A stretch of DNA of 64,000 nucleotides from Nitrospirota bacterium (lineage in GTDB: Bacteria; Nitrospirota; Thermodesulfovibrionia; Thermodesulfovibrionales; JdFR-85): positions 50-64,049 of the forward strand of contig JAADGG010000025.1 of assembly GCA_013152485.1 (NCBI GenBank), in the 5' to 3' direction. Both the position numbers and the translations under genes were made by a program. Under the pieces are notes generated by a model, which was given only the letters and a program-made list of their open reading frames with translations, searched no databases and was not told the DNA's origin. Within the stretch, counting starts at the first letter, position 1. Every line of letters begins with the position of its first letter. Shown in pieces: positions 26,787 to 37,206 of this stretch.

Positions 26787-27254
26787 ATGAAAATACATGC
26801 CGGCAATATGACAATTAAGCTGCTCGCAGCCTTTACCGTGTTCCTCTCGTGCGCGGTCCTGCCGTCCCGCGCGGTCGGCATCGGACCGCACAACGACATA
26901 ATGCTGAACACCAGCATACGCTGCTCCGACTGTCACGAGACCGTCTCTCTCAACGAGTTGTCCCCTGAGTTCAGCGACTCCACCGACAGGGTCTGTCTGC
27001 GGTGCCATCGGAGGGACGGGGACGCGCCCCTTTCCCATCCCGTGGGGATAAAGGTGAAGTCCGCCTTTCCTGCGGACGTTCCCTTGAGCAGCGACGGCAG
27101 GCTCATGTGCATCACGTGCCATACCTTTCACACATCCTCCTATCTCCCGGTCCTCAAGAGGAAGGTCTATATAAGGAGGGGGATTCTGGAGAGAGACTTC
27201 TGTCAGAGGTGCCACGGTGAGGACGTGCGCGGCAAAACGGTCGTCTCGTACTGA
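26787..27254 (+). CDS. Periplasmic tetraheme c-type cytochrome
   Basis: Start at ATG 26787 (RBS aggaga 26774-26779) gives the signal peptide MKIHAGNMTIKLLAAFTVFLSCAVLPSRAVG. There are four CxxCH motifs (CSDCH, CLRCH, CITCH, CQRCH). Confidence 0.8.
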   Translation: MKIHAGNMTIKLLAAFTVFLSCAVLPSRAVGIGPHNDIMLNTSIRCSDCHETVSLNELSPEFSDSTDRVCLRCHRRDGDAPLSHPVGIKVKSAFPADVPLSSDGRLMCITCHTFHTSSYLPVLKRKVYIRRGILERDFCQRCHGEDVRGKTVVSY

Positions 27255-27378
27255 CGGGCCGCCGCCCGGGGCTCCACGCGTATTGGATCAGGATTCCCTG
27301 TCCCTGAAACCGGGATTGATTGGATCATAGGATTGTCCCGTATTGATCCCTTGCTTCCTTCAGGCCTCCTCTCCGGCC

Positions 27379-27431
27379 GTGACGTGCACCCTTTATTCGG
27401 ACGGTATTGTTTCAGGGACATTTTCAATGAC
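27379..27431 (+). repeat. U unit, direct orientation (upstream of tRNA-Ala)
   Basis: gacgtgcaccctttattcggacggtattgtttcagggacattttc is a near-identical twin of 19328-19372. Confidence 0.7.
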
Positions 27432-27515
27432 CTGATGCGCACGATGTAAATCCTTGTAAGTTTTATGATATTATAGATGGGGCTTGCGGAACGTTTGAAG
27501 CGAGTACTCAGCGTC

Positions 27516-27591
27516 GGGCGGTTAGCTCAGTCGGGAGAGCGCCAGAATCGCACTCTGGAGGTCGGGGGTTCGACTCCCCTACCGTCCACCA
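27516..27591 (+). tRNA. tRNA-Ala (anticodon CGC), CCA encoded
   Basis: Hand-folded cloverleaf. The acceptor stem gggcggt/accgtcc contains the G3:U70 alanine identity pair. D arm gctc/gagc, anticodon stem ccaga/tctgg with loop atCGCac, T arm ggggg ttcgact cccct, then ACCA. Confidence 0.9.
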
Positions 27592-27614
27592 TCCAAAAGC
27601 CCCGTCTTTCCGTC

Positions 27615-28592
27615 TCAGCAGTAATCCTCGTAACTTCCAAGCGAGGAGAACTCATACAGCGTCGACATCGCCCTGCTCTCGGTGGTAATGCCGGACTCCT
27701 CCAGTATGGCTACGGGGTTCAGCCCCCCGACTATCACCATGCCGGCGCGGTCCAGGCCCACGGGCATCTCGTAAAGGGGGCTGTTCGGTTCACCGATGCA
27801 GAGTATGCCCCCTATGCCTTTGGCCCGCAGCCTCTCTGCAAGGTCCCTCGCGCTTCCGTGGCAGACGACCGGGATCTCCCGGAAACTCGCCAGCACCCTG
27901 CCCGTTCCGTGGCGGACGGCCCCGCCGACATCCGTCATCTTGCCCCGTATGAAGACCTCCAGCGGATCGAGAGAGGAGCCTTCGTAGCTTATCAGCGCAA
28001 TGAACCGAGTAGGTCTCCCTCCTTCGATCTCGAGCACTCCGCCGAATCTCGAGGCCACGGGAATGCCTGCCTTGAGGAAGACGCCGTTTATGGTGACGCT
28101 GCAGACCGTTCCCAACGCTACTTTGCCCTCGGGCACGACGATATCGCCGAGCCGTCCGCCTTCACTGACCACCGCAAGCCGGTCACTCATCACATAGGGG
28201 GATCTGAAGACCGGGCGCATGGTCCTGAGGGCCTTCTTGAGGTCTTTCTCCGCTATATAGGATACGTTCAGTATCACGTCTCCCTTCAGTGTGTCGAGGT
28301 CGAGGTTCGTGAGGTAGGAAAGGGTGTCGATCCGGCTGATGACAAACCCGACCTTCTCGGAAACAAGGGCCTTGGCGAGCTCTTCCCGCCCCTTTTCCGT
28401 TATCTTTCTCCCCTCCTTGCCGAAGGGCTCCGTAAGGCCCATCTCATCGAGGATCTTGAGGTGATACCTCACGGTCCTCTCCGAAAGGGTCACCCCGTGG
28501 GTCTTCAGCCGGCGCGCTATCTCTCGTGAGCCGGTTATCGCGTCCTGATAACCCTCGAGTACCCTCAGTATGGCGATCAGTGTCCTGTTCAT
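27615..28592 (-). CDS. nrpR: NrpR-family nitrogen regulatory repressor (HTH plus one DUF128/NRD domain)
   Basis: Starts MNRTLIAILRVLEGYQDAITGSREIARRLKTHGVTLSERTVRYHLKILDEMGLTE (winged HTH), followed by an NrpR regulatory domain. I use start ATG 28592; the track ORF extends 36 aa into the glnA 3' region. Confidence 0.7.
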   Translation of the reverse strand: MNRTLIAILRVLEGYQDAITGSREIARRLKTHGVTLSERTVRYHLKILDEMGLTEPFGKEGRKITEKGREELAKALVSEKVGFVISRIDTLSYLTNLDLDTLKGDVILNVSYIAEKDLKKALRTMRPVFRSPYVMSDRLAVVSEGGRLGDIVVPEGKVALGTVCSVTINGVFLKAGIPVASRFGGVLEIEGGRPTRFIALISYEGSSLDPLEVFIRGKMTDVGGAVRHGTGRVLASFREIPVVCHGSARDLAERLRAKGIGGILCIGEPNSPLYEMPVGLDRAGMVIVGGLNPVAILEESGITTESRAMSTLYEFSSLGSYEDYC

Positions 28593-28636
28593 GAAAAGCC
28601 TCCTGAAAACTGTATTGATTGAAGCCGGCGCAGAGA

Positions 28637-29965
28637 CTACAGCATCGGCAGATATGTCTCTATCTCGTAGGGGAAGACCCTCGTGCGGTAGTCGTCCCAC
28701 TCTATCTTCTTGCTAAGGATCAGCTCGTTGAACACGTGCTCTCCGAGCGTCTCCCTCAGAAGCCCGCTCCCCTCGGCATGCTCGATCGCCTCTATCAGGC
28801 TGCCGGGAAGCTGATCGATCCCAAGCCCGCGCCTCTCGGTGTCGGAGAGGTGGTATACGTCGGTCTCCGCAGGTTCGCTCAGGGAGTATCCCTGCTCTAT
28901 CCCCCTGAGGCCCGCGTTCAGCATGCAGGCGAAGGCGAGGTATGGATTGCATGCGGGGTCGGGAGAGCGGAGCTCGATCCTCGTGGCCCCTTCCTTGCCG
29001 GGCTTGTAGAGCGGCACCCGCACGAGTGCCGAGCGGTTTCTCCTTGCCCAGCATATGTACACAGGGGCCTCGAACCCCGGCACCAGCCTCTTGTAGGAGT
29101 TGACCCACTGGTTCAGCACGAGGGTGAATTCCTTCACATGCCTGAGCAGGCCTGCAACGTAGTGCTTGGCGGTCTCGGAGAGGTAGTAGCGGTCGTTCGG
29201 ATCGAAGAAGGCGTTCTCTTCCCCCCGGAAGAGGGACTGGTGCGTATGCATGCCGCTTCCGTTCTGGCCGAATATCGGCTTCGGCATGAACGTGGCATAA
29301 ACGCCGTACTTCCTTGCTATCTCCTTGACCGTCACCCTGTAGGTCATGACCGTGTCTGCCATGGTGAGGGCGTCGGTGTACCTGAGGTCTATCTCGTGCT
29401 GCGAGTGGGCCACTTCGTGATGTGAATACTCGACCCGTATGTCCATCGCCTCGAGAGCCAGAATGGTCTCCCTCCTCAGGTCCTCGGCCGCGTCCATCGG
29501 ATAGTCGAAGTACCCGCCCTCGTCGAGTATCTCGGGCGACTTTTCGCTCCGGAAATAGAAGAACTCCAGCTCGGGTCCGACATGGAACGTATAGCCCTTT
29601 TCCCGTGCCTTCTCGAGGTTTCTTCTCAGGACGTATCTCGGGTCCCCCTTGTAAGGGGTGCCGTCGGGCTCGTAGATGTCGCAGAACATCCGGGCAACGG
29701 CCTTCTCCTTCGGCCTCCAGGGCAGCAGGACGAACGTTGCCGGATCCGGACGAGCGATCATGTCGCTTTCATCTATGCGGGCAAACCCCTTTATGGAGGA
29801 GCCGTCGAAGCCCATGCCTTCCTCGAACGCGTACTCGAGCTCCTCCACGGGCATTGCAAAGCTCTTGAGCATCCCGTGGATATCGGAAAACCATAGCCTT
29901 ACGAACTTCACGTTGTGCTTCTTCACAAGGTCCAATACATCCTTGCCGTCACGCGGTCTCTCCAT
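28637..29965 (-). CDS. glnA: Glutamine synthetase, type I (short, GSI-alpha-like, 442 aa)
   Basis: Has FSDIHG, GFDGSS, GPELEFF, MPKPIFGQNGSGMHTHQSL and NSYKRLVPGFEAP. The length and the lack of the ~25-aa GSI-beta insertion suggest the alpha subtype. Confidence 0.9.
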   Translation of the reverse strand: MERPRDGKDVLDLVKKHNVKFVRLWFSDIHGMLKSFAMPVEELEYAFEEGMGFDGSSIKGFARIDESDMIARPDPATFVLLPWRPKEKAVARMFCDIYEPDGTPYKGDPRYVLRRNLEKAREKGYTFHVGPELEFFYFRSEKSPEILDEGGYFDYPMDAAEDLRRETILALEAMDIRVEYSHHEVAHSQHEIDLRYTDALTMADTVMTYRVTVKEIARKYGVYATFMPKPIFGQNGSGMHTHQSLFRGEENAFFDPNDRYYLSETAKHYVAGLLRHVKEFTLVLNQWVNSYKRLVPGFEAPVYICWARRNRSALVRVPLYKPGKEGATRIELRSPDPACNPYLAFACMLNAGLRGIEQGYSLSEPAETDVYHLSDTERRGLGIDQLPGSLIEAIEHAEGSGLLRETLGEHVFNELILSKKIEWDDYRTRVFPYEIETYLPML

Positions 29966-30052
29966 TGCCTGACCTCCTTGATTTGTGATGAGTCACTCGT
30001 TCGCGTCGCTTCCGGCGACCGTTTGCCGTGGTTGTAATAATAACCTAACCGG

Positions 30053-32875
30053 TCAGCAGCGTCCCGTAATGTCCAGCACGGAGCTCCTGAGCCCTTCGAG
30101 GTGTCCGAGGAACTCTTCCGTGCTGCGGTGTCTCATGAACCTGCCGGCCAGGTCCGTAATCTCCGATCCCTTGACGACCACATGCTCCTCGTTCAATCTC
30201 AGGAAGGTCTCGAGCCTCCTGTAATACGCGTAGGCGTCGAGCAGGGTGTCTCTCTCGGTGGAGCCTATGAGTCCTTTCCCTGCCAGCCTCCTGATCGCGG
30301 CAGAGGTGCACTGGACGAGCAGTTCGGGGTGTTGACGCACATGCTGAAGCTGCAGGAACTGGACGTGGAACTCTATCTCCTCGATACCGCCCGGTCCGAG
30401 CTTGATATCCATTCCTGCCGCCTCCTGTGAGAGCTCGCGCACTATCCGTTCTCTCACGGCGCGTATCTCCTCTCTCTTCACCTCTCTCCCGCGCTGCCTG
30501 ATCACCTCGGCAGCCATCTCCAGGAAGGCCCTGCCAGCCCCGCGGTCCCCTGCCACGGGCCGTGCGCGCAGGAGCGCCTGAAGTTCCCATGGCCGGGCGT
30601 TCTTGAGATAGTAGTTCCTGTAGCCCTGAATGTCCTTCACGAGGGCGCCCTTCGAACCGTCCGGCCTAAGTCTCACATCCACACTGTAGAGCATGCCCTT
30701 GTCAGTGTACGTCGTGAGGGTCTTCACTGCGCTCTCGGCGGCCCTCACTCCTTCCGGTGCATCCGAGAGGAAGATTATGTCGAGGTCCGAGCCGAACGTC
30801 AGCTCCCTTCCACCGAGCTTGCCGAGGCCGATGACGGTCAAACCGCTGTCGCCGCCGGTCCTTTCGATGATCGTCCCGATTACGGCGTCGGCAAGGTGCG
30901 AGACAGACCTCAAGAGGTCCTGTATCGTCAGGACGTCCATGAGGAAGAAGAGGCCGAGGCGGAGTTCTTCCGTCCGCTTGTATTCTCCGACCGCCTCGAG
31001 GTCTCCCCCTCCGAACCGGATGCTCCTGCGGAGCTCCTCCTCCACCCTTCTCTTGGTCTTCCTTATGACCAGTCCCTCGACCAGTCTGTCGAGATAGCTG
31101 TTGTCGCTCAGGAAGACTCTCGACAGGTATGAGCTCAGGGAGAAGAGCTTGACTATGGCCTCGACAAGCCCCTTGTGTTCGGCCACTCCCGTCAGGTAGG
31201 CCTCTTTCTCGCCGAGGACTTCGATGAAGCTCTCGAGCCCCTTGAGCGCCCTGTCAGGGCTCTCTGCGCTGAAGGCCTTCTCCAGAAACTCGGGGACGAC
31301 CCTCCTCAGTATGGCCCGCTCCCTCTGAGTCTTGAAAGTCCTCATCTGGTCCCGCACGTTCTGCAGGTACACGACCGCTGCCTCCGGTTCCTTCACTCCC
31401 CTGAACGAGAGATATCGCCTCAGCTCGTCTTCCGTCAGGTCACCCTCGATCAGTGCAAGCGCCTCGGCATGGAGGTCCTCTTCCGTGCCGAGCAGGGAGT
31501 TGTACATCTTCTTCACCTGCATGCGCCTGAGGCGGAGGTCTGCGAGGAACTCCGCTGCAGAGGAAAAACTCATCGTCCGTGCAAGCACCTCTTTCTCGTG
31601 ACGGGAAGCGGGCAGCCTGTGGGTCTGCAGGTCCTCTTTCATCTGCAGGTAATGCTCCAGCCTCCTCAGGTACAGATAGTTGTCCCACAGCGTGGCGAGG
31701 TCCTCCTGCGGAACCAGGTTCATCCATCTCAGCACCTGTATGGCGTTGAAGAGCCTGTGGGTCCTCAGGGCCCTGTTGTCTCCCCCGTAGATGAGCTGGA
31801 AGGTCTGTACGAAGAACTCTATCTCCCTGATTCCGCCGTAGCCCCGCTTTATGTCATCCCTCGAAAGCGTTGAATCTATCCTCTTCTTGAGTCCACGGAT
31901 CTCCTCTACTTCCGAGAAATCGAGACTCTTTCTCCAGACAAACGGGCTGACCGCCTCCATGAACTTCAGCCCCAGCTCCGTGTCGCCTGCTACCGGCCTC
32001 GCCCTGATGAGCACCATCCGTTCCCACGTACGGCCCCAGGACTCGTAGTATGTCCTGTAGGAATCGAGCGGCATCGTCAGCTCCCCCTTCTGCCCCTGGG
32101 GCCTGAGCCTGAGGTCGACCCTGTATGCGATGCCGTCCTCCGTAGGGAGCGAAAGCATTCTGCTGAGGAGCTCGACGACCCTGCAGTGGAACTCGTGGCT
32201 GCCTATCCTGTTCACCCTTACGCCCGAGGGATTGAGGATTCCCGAGGTCTGTCCGTCTCCGTGACCGTAGACGGCGATTAGGTCGACATCGGAGCTGTAG
32301 TTCAGCTCGGCCCCACCCAGCTTTCCGAGACCCACAACGGTGATCGCCGTCTCCGGAGGATCACCGAACCTGCTGCGGTTGACCCTCAGGGACCACTCGA
32401 GCGAGAGCCCGATCAGTGCCTCTGCAAGCAGGGTCAGCTCGTCCATCGACGAGAGTATGTCGGTCTCGCCGCAGACGTCCCTCAGCGTGATCCTCAGGAG
32501 GTAGCGCTTCTTGAAATCCCGCAGCGCCTTCATCATAGCGGTCAAATCCCCCTGCGCTTCAGGGCCGATCTCCGTCCGTATCCTCTCGAGGAGCAGTTCC
32601 CTTGATACGGGCCTCTTCGTCTCCTTCAGCGCCGAAAGGAGGTCCTCGGGGCTGGACGTGGAGTAGTTTGCGAGAAACTGGCTTACGGCAAAGAGCTTGC
32701 AGACCTCGGCGAGGTATGGAAGGAAAGGGCCCGAAGGGGTGAGCCCGAAGAGCCGCAGGATGTTCCTCTCCGCCCTTTCCGGGTCAGGCGTATCCCGGGA
32801 GATCTCAACGATCCTCTTATGCAATCCTTCATCTACAGACATCGCCTCCCGTCCTCTGCAGTCCTCCGTTGTCAA
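30053..32875 (-). CDS. glnE: Bifunctional glutamine synthetase adenylyltransferase / adenylyl-removing enzyme
   Basis: 940-aa ORF with two nucleotidyltransferase modules (GKLGG.EL.Y.SDVDLI and GKLGGRELTFGSDLDIIF), each followed by a GlnE C-terminal helical domain. Confidence 0.9.
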   Translation of the reverse strand: MTTEDCRGREAMSVDEGLHKRIVEISRDTPDPERAERNILRLFGLTPSGPFLPYLAEVCKLFAVSQFLANYSTSSPEDLLSALKETKRPVSRELLLERIRTEIGPEAQGDLTAMMKALRDFKKRYLLRITLRDVCGETDILSSMDELTLLAEALIGLSLEWSLRVNRSRFGDPPETAITVVGLGKLGGAELNYSSDVDLIAVYGHGDGQTSGILNPSGVRVNRIGSHEFHCRVVELLSRMLSLPTEDGIAYRVDLRLRPQGQKGELTMPLDSYRTYYESWGRTWERMVLIRARPVAGDTELGLKFMEAVSPFVWRKSLDFSEVEEIRGLKKRIDSTLSRDDIKRGYGGIREIEFFVQTFQLIYGGDNRALRTHRLFNAIQVLRWMNLVPQEDLATLWDNYLYLRRLEHYLQMKEDLQTHRLPASRHEKEVLARTMSFSSAAEFLADLRLRRMQVKKMYNSLLGTEEDLHAEALALIEGDLTEDELRRYLSFRGVKEPEAAVVYLQNVRDQMRTFKTQRERAILRRVVPEFLEKAFSAESPDRALKGLESFIEVLGEKEAYLTGVAEHKGLVEAIVKLFSLSSYLSRVFLSDNSYLDRLVEGLVIRKTKRRVEEELRRSIRFGGGDLEAVGEYKRTEELRLGLFFLMDVLTIQDLLRSVSHLADAVIGTIIERTGGDSGLTVIGLGKLGGRELTFGSDLDIIFLSDAPEGVRAAESAVKTLTTYTDKGMLYSVDVRLRPDGSKGALVKDIQGYRNYYLKNARPWELQALLRARPVAGDRGAGRAFLEMAAEVIRQRGREVKREEIRAVRERIVRELSQEAAGMDIKLGPGGIEEIEFHVQFLQLQHVRQHPELLVQCTSAAIRRLAGKGLIGSTERDTLLDAYAYYRRLETFLRLNEEHVVVKGSEITDLAGRFMRHRSTEEFLGHLEGLRSSVLDITGRC

Positions 32876-33020
32876 GGCGCTTCCACGGCGTCCGGTCAGC
32901 CGCCGGTGTCCGCCTGCGTTGAATTTAGACTCCCCTAAATGCTAACATATTCAGTCTTTAATTGATAATCAACACGATTCAAGAGACCCTTCTTGATAGT
33001 GAAGACAAGGAAACCGAGTC

Positions 33021-34271
33021 ATGACAGAAATTTTGCCATTCAGGGGTATCGTCTACGATACCCGCAGTGTCAAGGGCGAAGACGTCGTTGCACCGCCTTA
33101 CGACGTCATAACCCCTGAACTGAAGGAGGAACTCTACTCGAAGAGTCCCTACAACATCGTCAGGATAGACTTCGGAAAGGACCTTCCCGAAGACAGCGAG
33201 ACGGAAAACCGTTACACGAGGGCCGCCAGGCACCTTGACGAGTGGATGAAGGCCGGGATTCTGAAGGAGACGGAGAGGCCGGCGTTCTACCTCTACGAGG
33301 TGACGTACAGTGTCGGAGATGAAAGGAAGGTCATGAGAGGGCTCTTCGGCAGGGTGAGAATAACGGAGCTGTGTGACGGCGTATACCCGCACGAGGCCAC
33401 CCACTCGAAGCCGAAGGCGGACAGGCTTACCCTCATGCATCACTGCAGGGCCAACCTGAGCCCCATCTTCTCCATATACAGCAGTCAGAGGCGGGGCTAT
33501 CTCGGCCTCTTTGAGCGGTACCTTTCAACCCCTCCCTACATGGCGGCCGCTGACCGCACCGGAGCAGAGCACAGAATGTGGATAATAGACGACCATGACG
33601 ACGTCAGGGTGATCGAGGAGGAGCTGAGAGGCTCCCCCATATACATAGCCGACGGGCACCACAGGTACGAAACGGCGCTCGCATACCAGAAGGAGATGAA
33701 GAAGGAGAACCCCGGGCACACGGGCACCGAGCCCTACAATTATGTCATGATGTACCTCGTGAACATCGCCGACGACGGTCTCACGGTACTGCCGACCCAC
33801 AGGCTGGTGAGGGAGCTGGCCGAGGGCGATGCACCGGAACTGCTGAAGCCCCTGGAGCGCTACTTCGAGGTCAGGCCGGTAGATGCCGGCAGGGACATAA
33901 CCGCCGAGATTGCCGCTCGCGAGCACGCCCTCGGAGTTGCCTTGCGCGGGGAGGACAGGAGCTTCATCCTCCTTTACAGGGGCGGGGACCTCTCCGGCGT
34001 GCCCGGGCCGCTGAGAGGGCTTGACGTAACGCTCCTGCATGAATTAATCTTTAAAAAGTTGTATAATGTCCAGGGGGTTGACTATGAAATGGACCCTCGG
34101 GTCTGTCTTTCAAGGGTGCGGGACGGCAGTCATCAGGCGGCCTTCTTCCTGAATCCCACGAGGGTGGAGGATGTGGAGAGAGTGGCGAGTGCCTGTCTGA
34201 GAATGCCACCCAAGTCGACATACTTTTTTCCCAAGATACTTACAGGGTTTGTAATAAACAGGCTGCAGTAG
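33021..34271 (+). CDS. DUF1015 family protein
   Basis: 416-aa ORF. Has PFRGIVYD...VVAPPYDVI, ADGHHRYETAL and LPTHRL, characteristic of DUF1015. Confidence 0.7.
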   Translation: MTEILPFRGIVYDTRSVKGEDVVAPPYDVITPELKEELYSKSPYNIVRIDFGKDLPEDSETENRYTRAARHLDEWMKAGILKETERPAFYLYEVTYSVGDERKVMRGLFGRVRITELCDGVYPHEATHSKPKADRLTLMHHCRANLSPIFSIYSSQRRGYLGLFERYLSTPPYMAAADRTGAEHRMWIIDDHDDVRVIEEELRGSPIYIADGHHRYETALAYQKEMKKENPGHTGTEPYNYVMMYLVNIADDGLTVLPTHRLVRELAEGDAPELLKPLERYFEVRPVDAGRDITAEIAAREHALGVALRGEDRSFILLYRGGDLSGVPGPLRGLDVTLLHELIFKKLYNVQGVDYEMDPRVCLSRVRDGSHQAAFFLNPTRVEDVERVASACLRMPPKSTYFFPKILTGFVINRLQ

Positions 34272-34339
34272 CTGCAGTAAGCGGCGGTCGGCCCTGCCGG
34301 CTGCCTGCCGGAACGCAACAGGAGGCCTTGTCTCCTTAA

Positions 34340-35380
<1,041 letters not shown>

Positions 35381-35432
35381 GTGCTGATTCTCGAAAAAAA
35401 ACATTCTCTGCAGCTGATTACAACGGGAGGCT

Positions 35433-36668
35433 ATGATGTCCACTGAAATTAGTCCCGCCCCTATACGGGACATACTGAACAAGCTCACCATACAGGATTT
35501 CGATCTCAAGGGCAAACGCGTGTTCATACGCGTGGATTTCAACGTCCCCCTTGATGAAAACCTCAACATAACCGACGACCGGCGGATCCGTTCCGCCCTG
35601 GCCACCATCAACTATGCAATCGACGAGGGTGCGAAAGTGATACTCGCCTCGCACCTCGGCAGGCCCAAGGGCAAGGTCGACCCGCGCTACAGCCTCGCCC
35701 CCATTGCAAAGAGGCTCAAGCGGCTCCTCAACAAGGACGTCATCTTCGCCCCTGACTGCATAGGGCCACAGGTCCAGAACATCATCGACAAGATGCAGCC
35801 GGGGGATGTCGTCGTGCTGGAAAACCTGAGGTTTCATCCCGGCGAGGAGAAGAACGACGAAGAGCTTGCAAAGGCCCTTGCCGCCCTTGCGGACTACTAC
35901 GTAAACGACGCCTTCGGGACCGCTCACAGAAACCACGCCTCCATCGTGGGTGTGCCGAAGTTCCTCCCTGCAGCAGCGGGCTTCCTGCTGAAAAAAGAGA
36001 TCGAGTACCTCAAGGGTGTAGTTAACAACCCGGTCAGGCCGTTCGTCGCCATCCTCGGCGGTGCAAAGGTATCCGGAAAGATAGGCGTGCTTGAAAACCT
36101 CGAGTCTAACGTGGACAAGGTGCTGATCGGCGGCGGCATGGCCTTTACGTTCATAAAGGCCATGGGCTACGAGGTCGGGGACTCCCTGGTTGAAGAGGAT
36201 ATGCTCGAGACTGCGCAGAGGATCAGGACGAAGCTGAAAGAGCGGGGGGTGAAGTTCTATCTTCCTGTGGATTGCGTAATCGCGCAGAGACTCGATCCCG
36301 GCGCCGAGACGAAGATAGTCCCCACCCTCGAGATCCCGAAAGGGTGGAAGGCGCTCGACATAGGGCCCGCCACTGCAAAGCTCTTCTCAGAGGCCATCCA
36401 GAACGCGAAGACGATCCTCTGGAACGGTCCCATGGGGGTGTTCGAGATCGACGCCTTCTCCCGCGGCACTTTTGCCGTGGCCCGTGCCATAGCCGACGCC
36501 TACGCCCTCACCATTGTCGGCGGCGGCGACACAGACCTTGCAGTCCACAGGGCGGGTGTTTCCGACAGTATATCCTTCATCTCGACCGGGGGAGGCGCGA
36601 CCCTGCAGCTGCTCGAGGGCAAGGAACTTCCCGGCATTGCTGCTCTCACCGACAAGAAGGTCGACTGA
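35433..36668 (+). CDS. pgk: Phosphoglycerate kinase
   Basis: 411-aa ORF with [15 protein letters not shown] and GGGDT. The second ATG at 35436 has better spacing to the RBS gggagg. Confidence 0.95.
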   Translation: MMSTEISPAPIRDILNKLTIQDFDLKGKRVFIRVDFNVPLDENLNITDDRRIRSALATINYAIDEGAKVILASHLGRPKGKVDPRYSLAPIAKRLKRLLNKDVIFAPDCIGPQVQNIIDKMQPGDVVVLENLRFHPGEEKNDEELAKALAALADYYVNDAFGTAHRNHASIVGVPKFLPAAAGFLLKKEIEYLKGVVNNPVRPFVAILGGAKVSGKIGVLENLESNVDKVLIGGGMAFTFIKAMGYEVGDSLVEEDMLETAQRIRTKLKERGVKFYLPVDCVIAQRLDPGAETKIVPTLEIPKGWKALDIGPATAKLFSEAIQNAKTILWNGPMGVFEIDAFSRGTFAVARAIADAYALTIVGGGDTDLAVHRAGVSDSISFISTGGGATLQLLEGKELPGIAALTDKKVD

Positions 36669-36712
36669 GACGGATTCCCCTCAGCCAGAGCCTTGTCCGG
36701 CAGAGGCGGTGA

Positions 36713-36741
36713 GGCCCCGTCTCAGGGGCTGACAGTTTTTT
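36713..36741 (+). terminator. Possible rho-independent terminator after pgk
   Basis: ggcccc gtctca ggggct followed by gacag and a T6 run (36735-36741). The stem is short and there is a 5-nt gap before the T-run, so this call is weak. Confidence 0.35.
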
Positions 36742-36801
36742 GCCGTAACCCCCTGCCCGGGGGGCGCGGACTTCGATAGCAGGCGGCCCGGCCGTAGGCC
36801 G

Positions 36802-37206
36802 TCACGGCTTCGGGGTTCGGGTGTGCGGGCCTGCGCTCTGGAGATGGCCCTCGACCTTCCTCTTCAGCTCGGAGATGTTCCCCTTGCATATGTACCCTGC
36901 AGCTCCGCATTCCGCGACAGATCTCCTGAGGCTGTCCTCGTCGTTCGATGAGTAGAAGACCACCGGCACCCTGCTCGTCCTCCTGTTTGCGCGTAACAGC
37001 AGAGAAAGCCTCTCCCCTGACAGGGCAGGCATGTTGATATCGAGGAGGACGAGGTCCGGCCGGGTATCGGCCACAGCAGTCGTGGCTCCGATCCAGTTGC
37101 GGTGCGTGATGACCTCGTGTCCGGCCTCCTCCAGCAAACCCTTTGTGATTATGAGATGCCTTTCGTCATCGTCTATGACGAGTATCTTCTTGGCGGTCCT
37201 CTTCAC
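36802..37206 (-). CDS. Single-domain response regulator (receiver only)
   Basis: 134-aa ORF with ILVIDDD, LVLLDINMP and a conserved K region. Its start is adjacent to the stop of the upstream kinase gene. Confidence 0.85.
   Translation of the reverse strand: MKRTAKKILVIDDDERHLIITKGLLEEAGHEVITHRNWIGATTAVADTRPDLVLLDINMPALSGERLSLLLRANRRTSRVPVVFYSSNDEDSLRRSVAECGAAGYICKGNISELKRKVEGHLQSAGPHTRTPKP

Noticed and set aside
29966-30052. NrpR operator (GGAA-N6-TTCC) upstream of glnA and of glnE (32876-33020)
   Set aside because: I found no exact inverted GGAA/TTCC pair with 6-nt spacing by eye, only ccGGAAgcgacgCGAA and unrelated palindromes (ttgataatcaa, tcaagagacccttcttga). I therefore do not annotate an operator.
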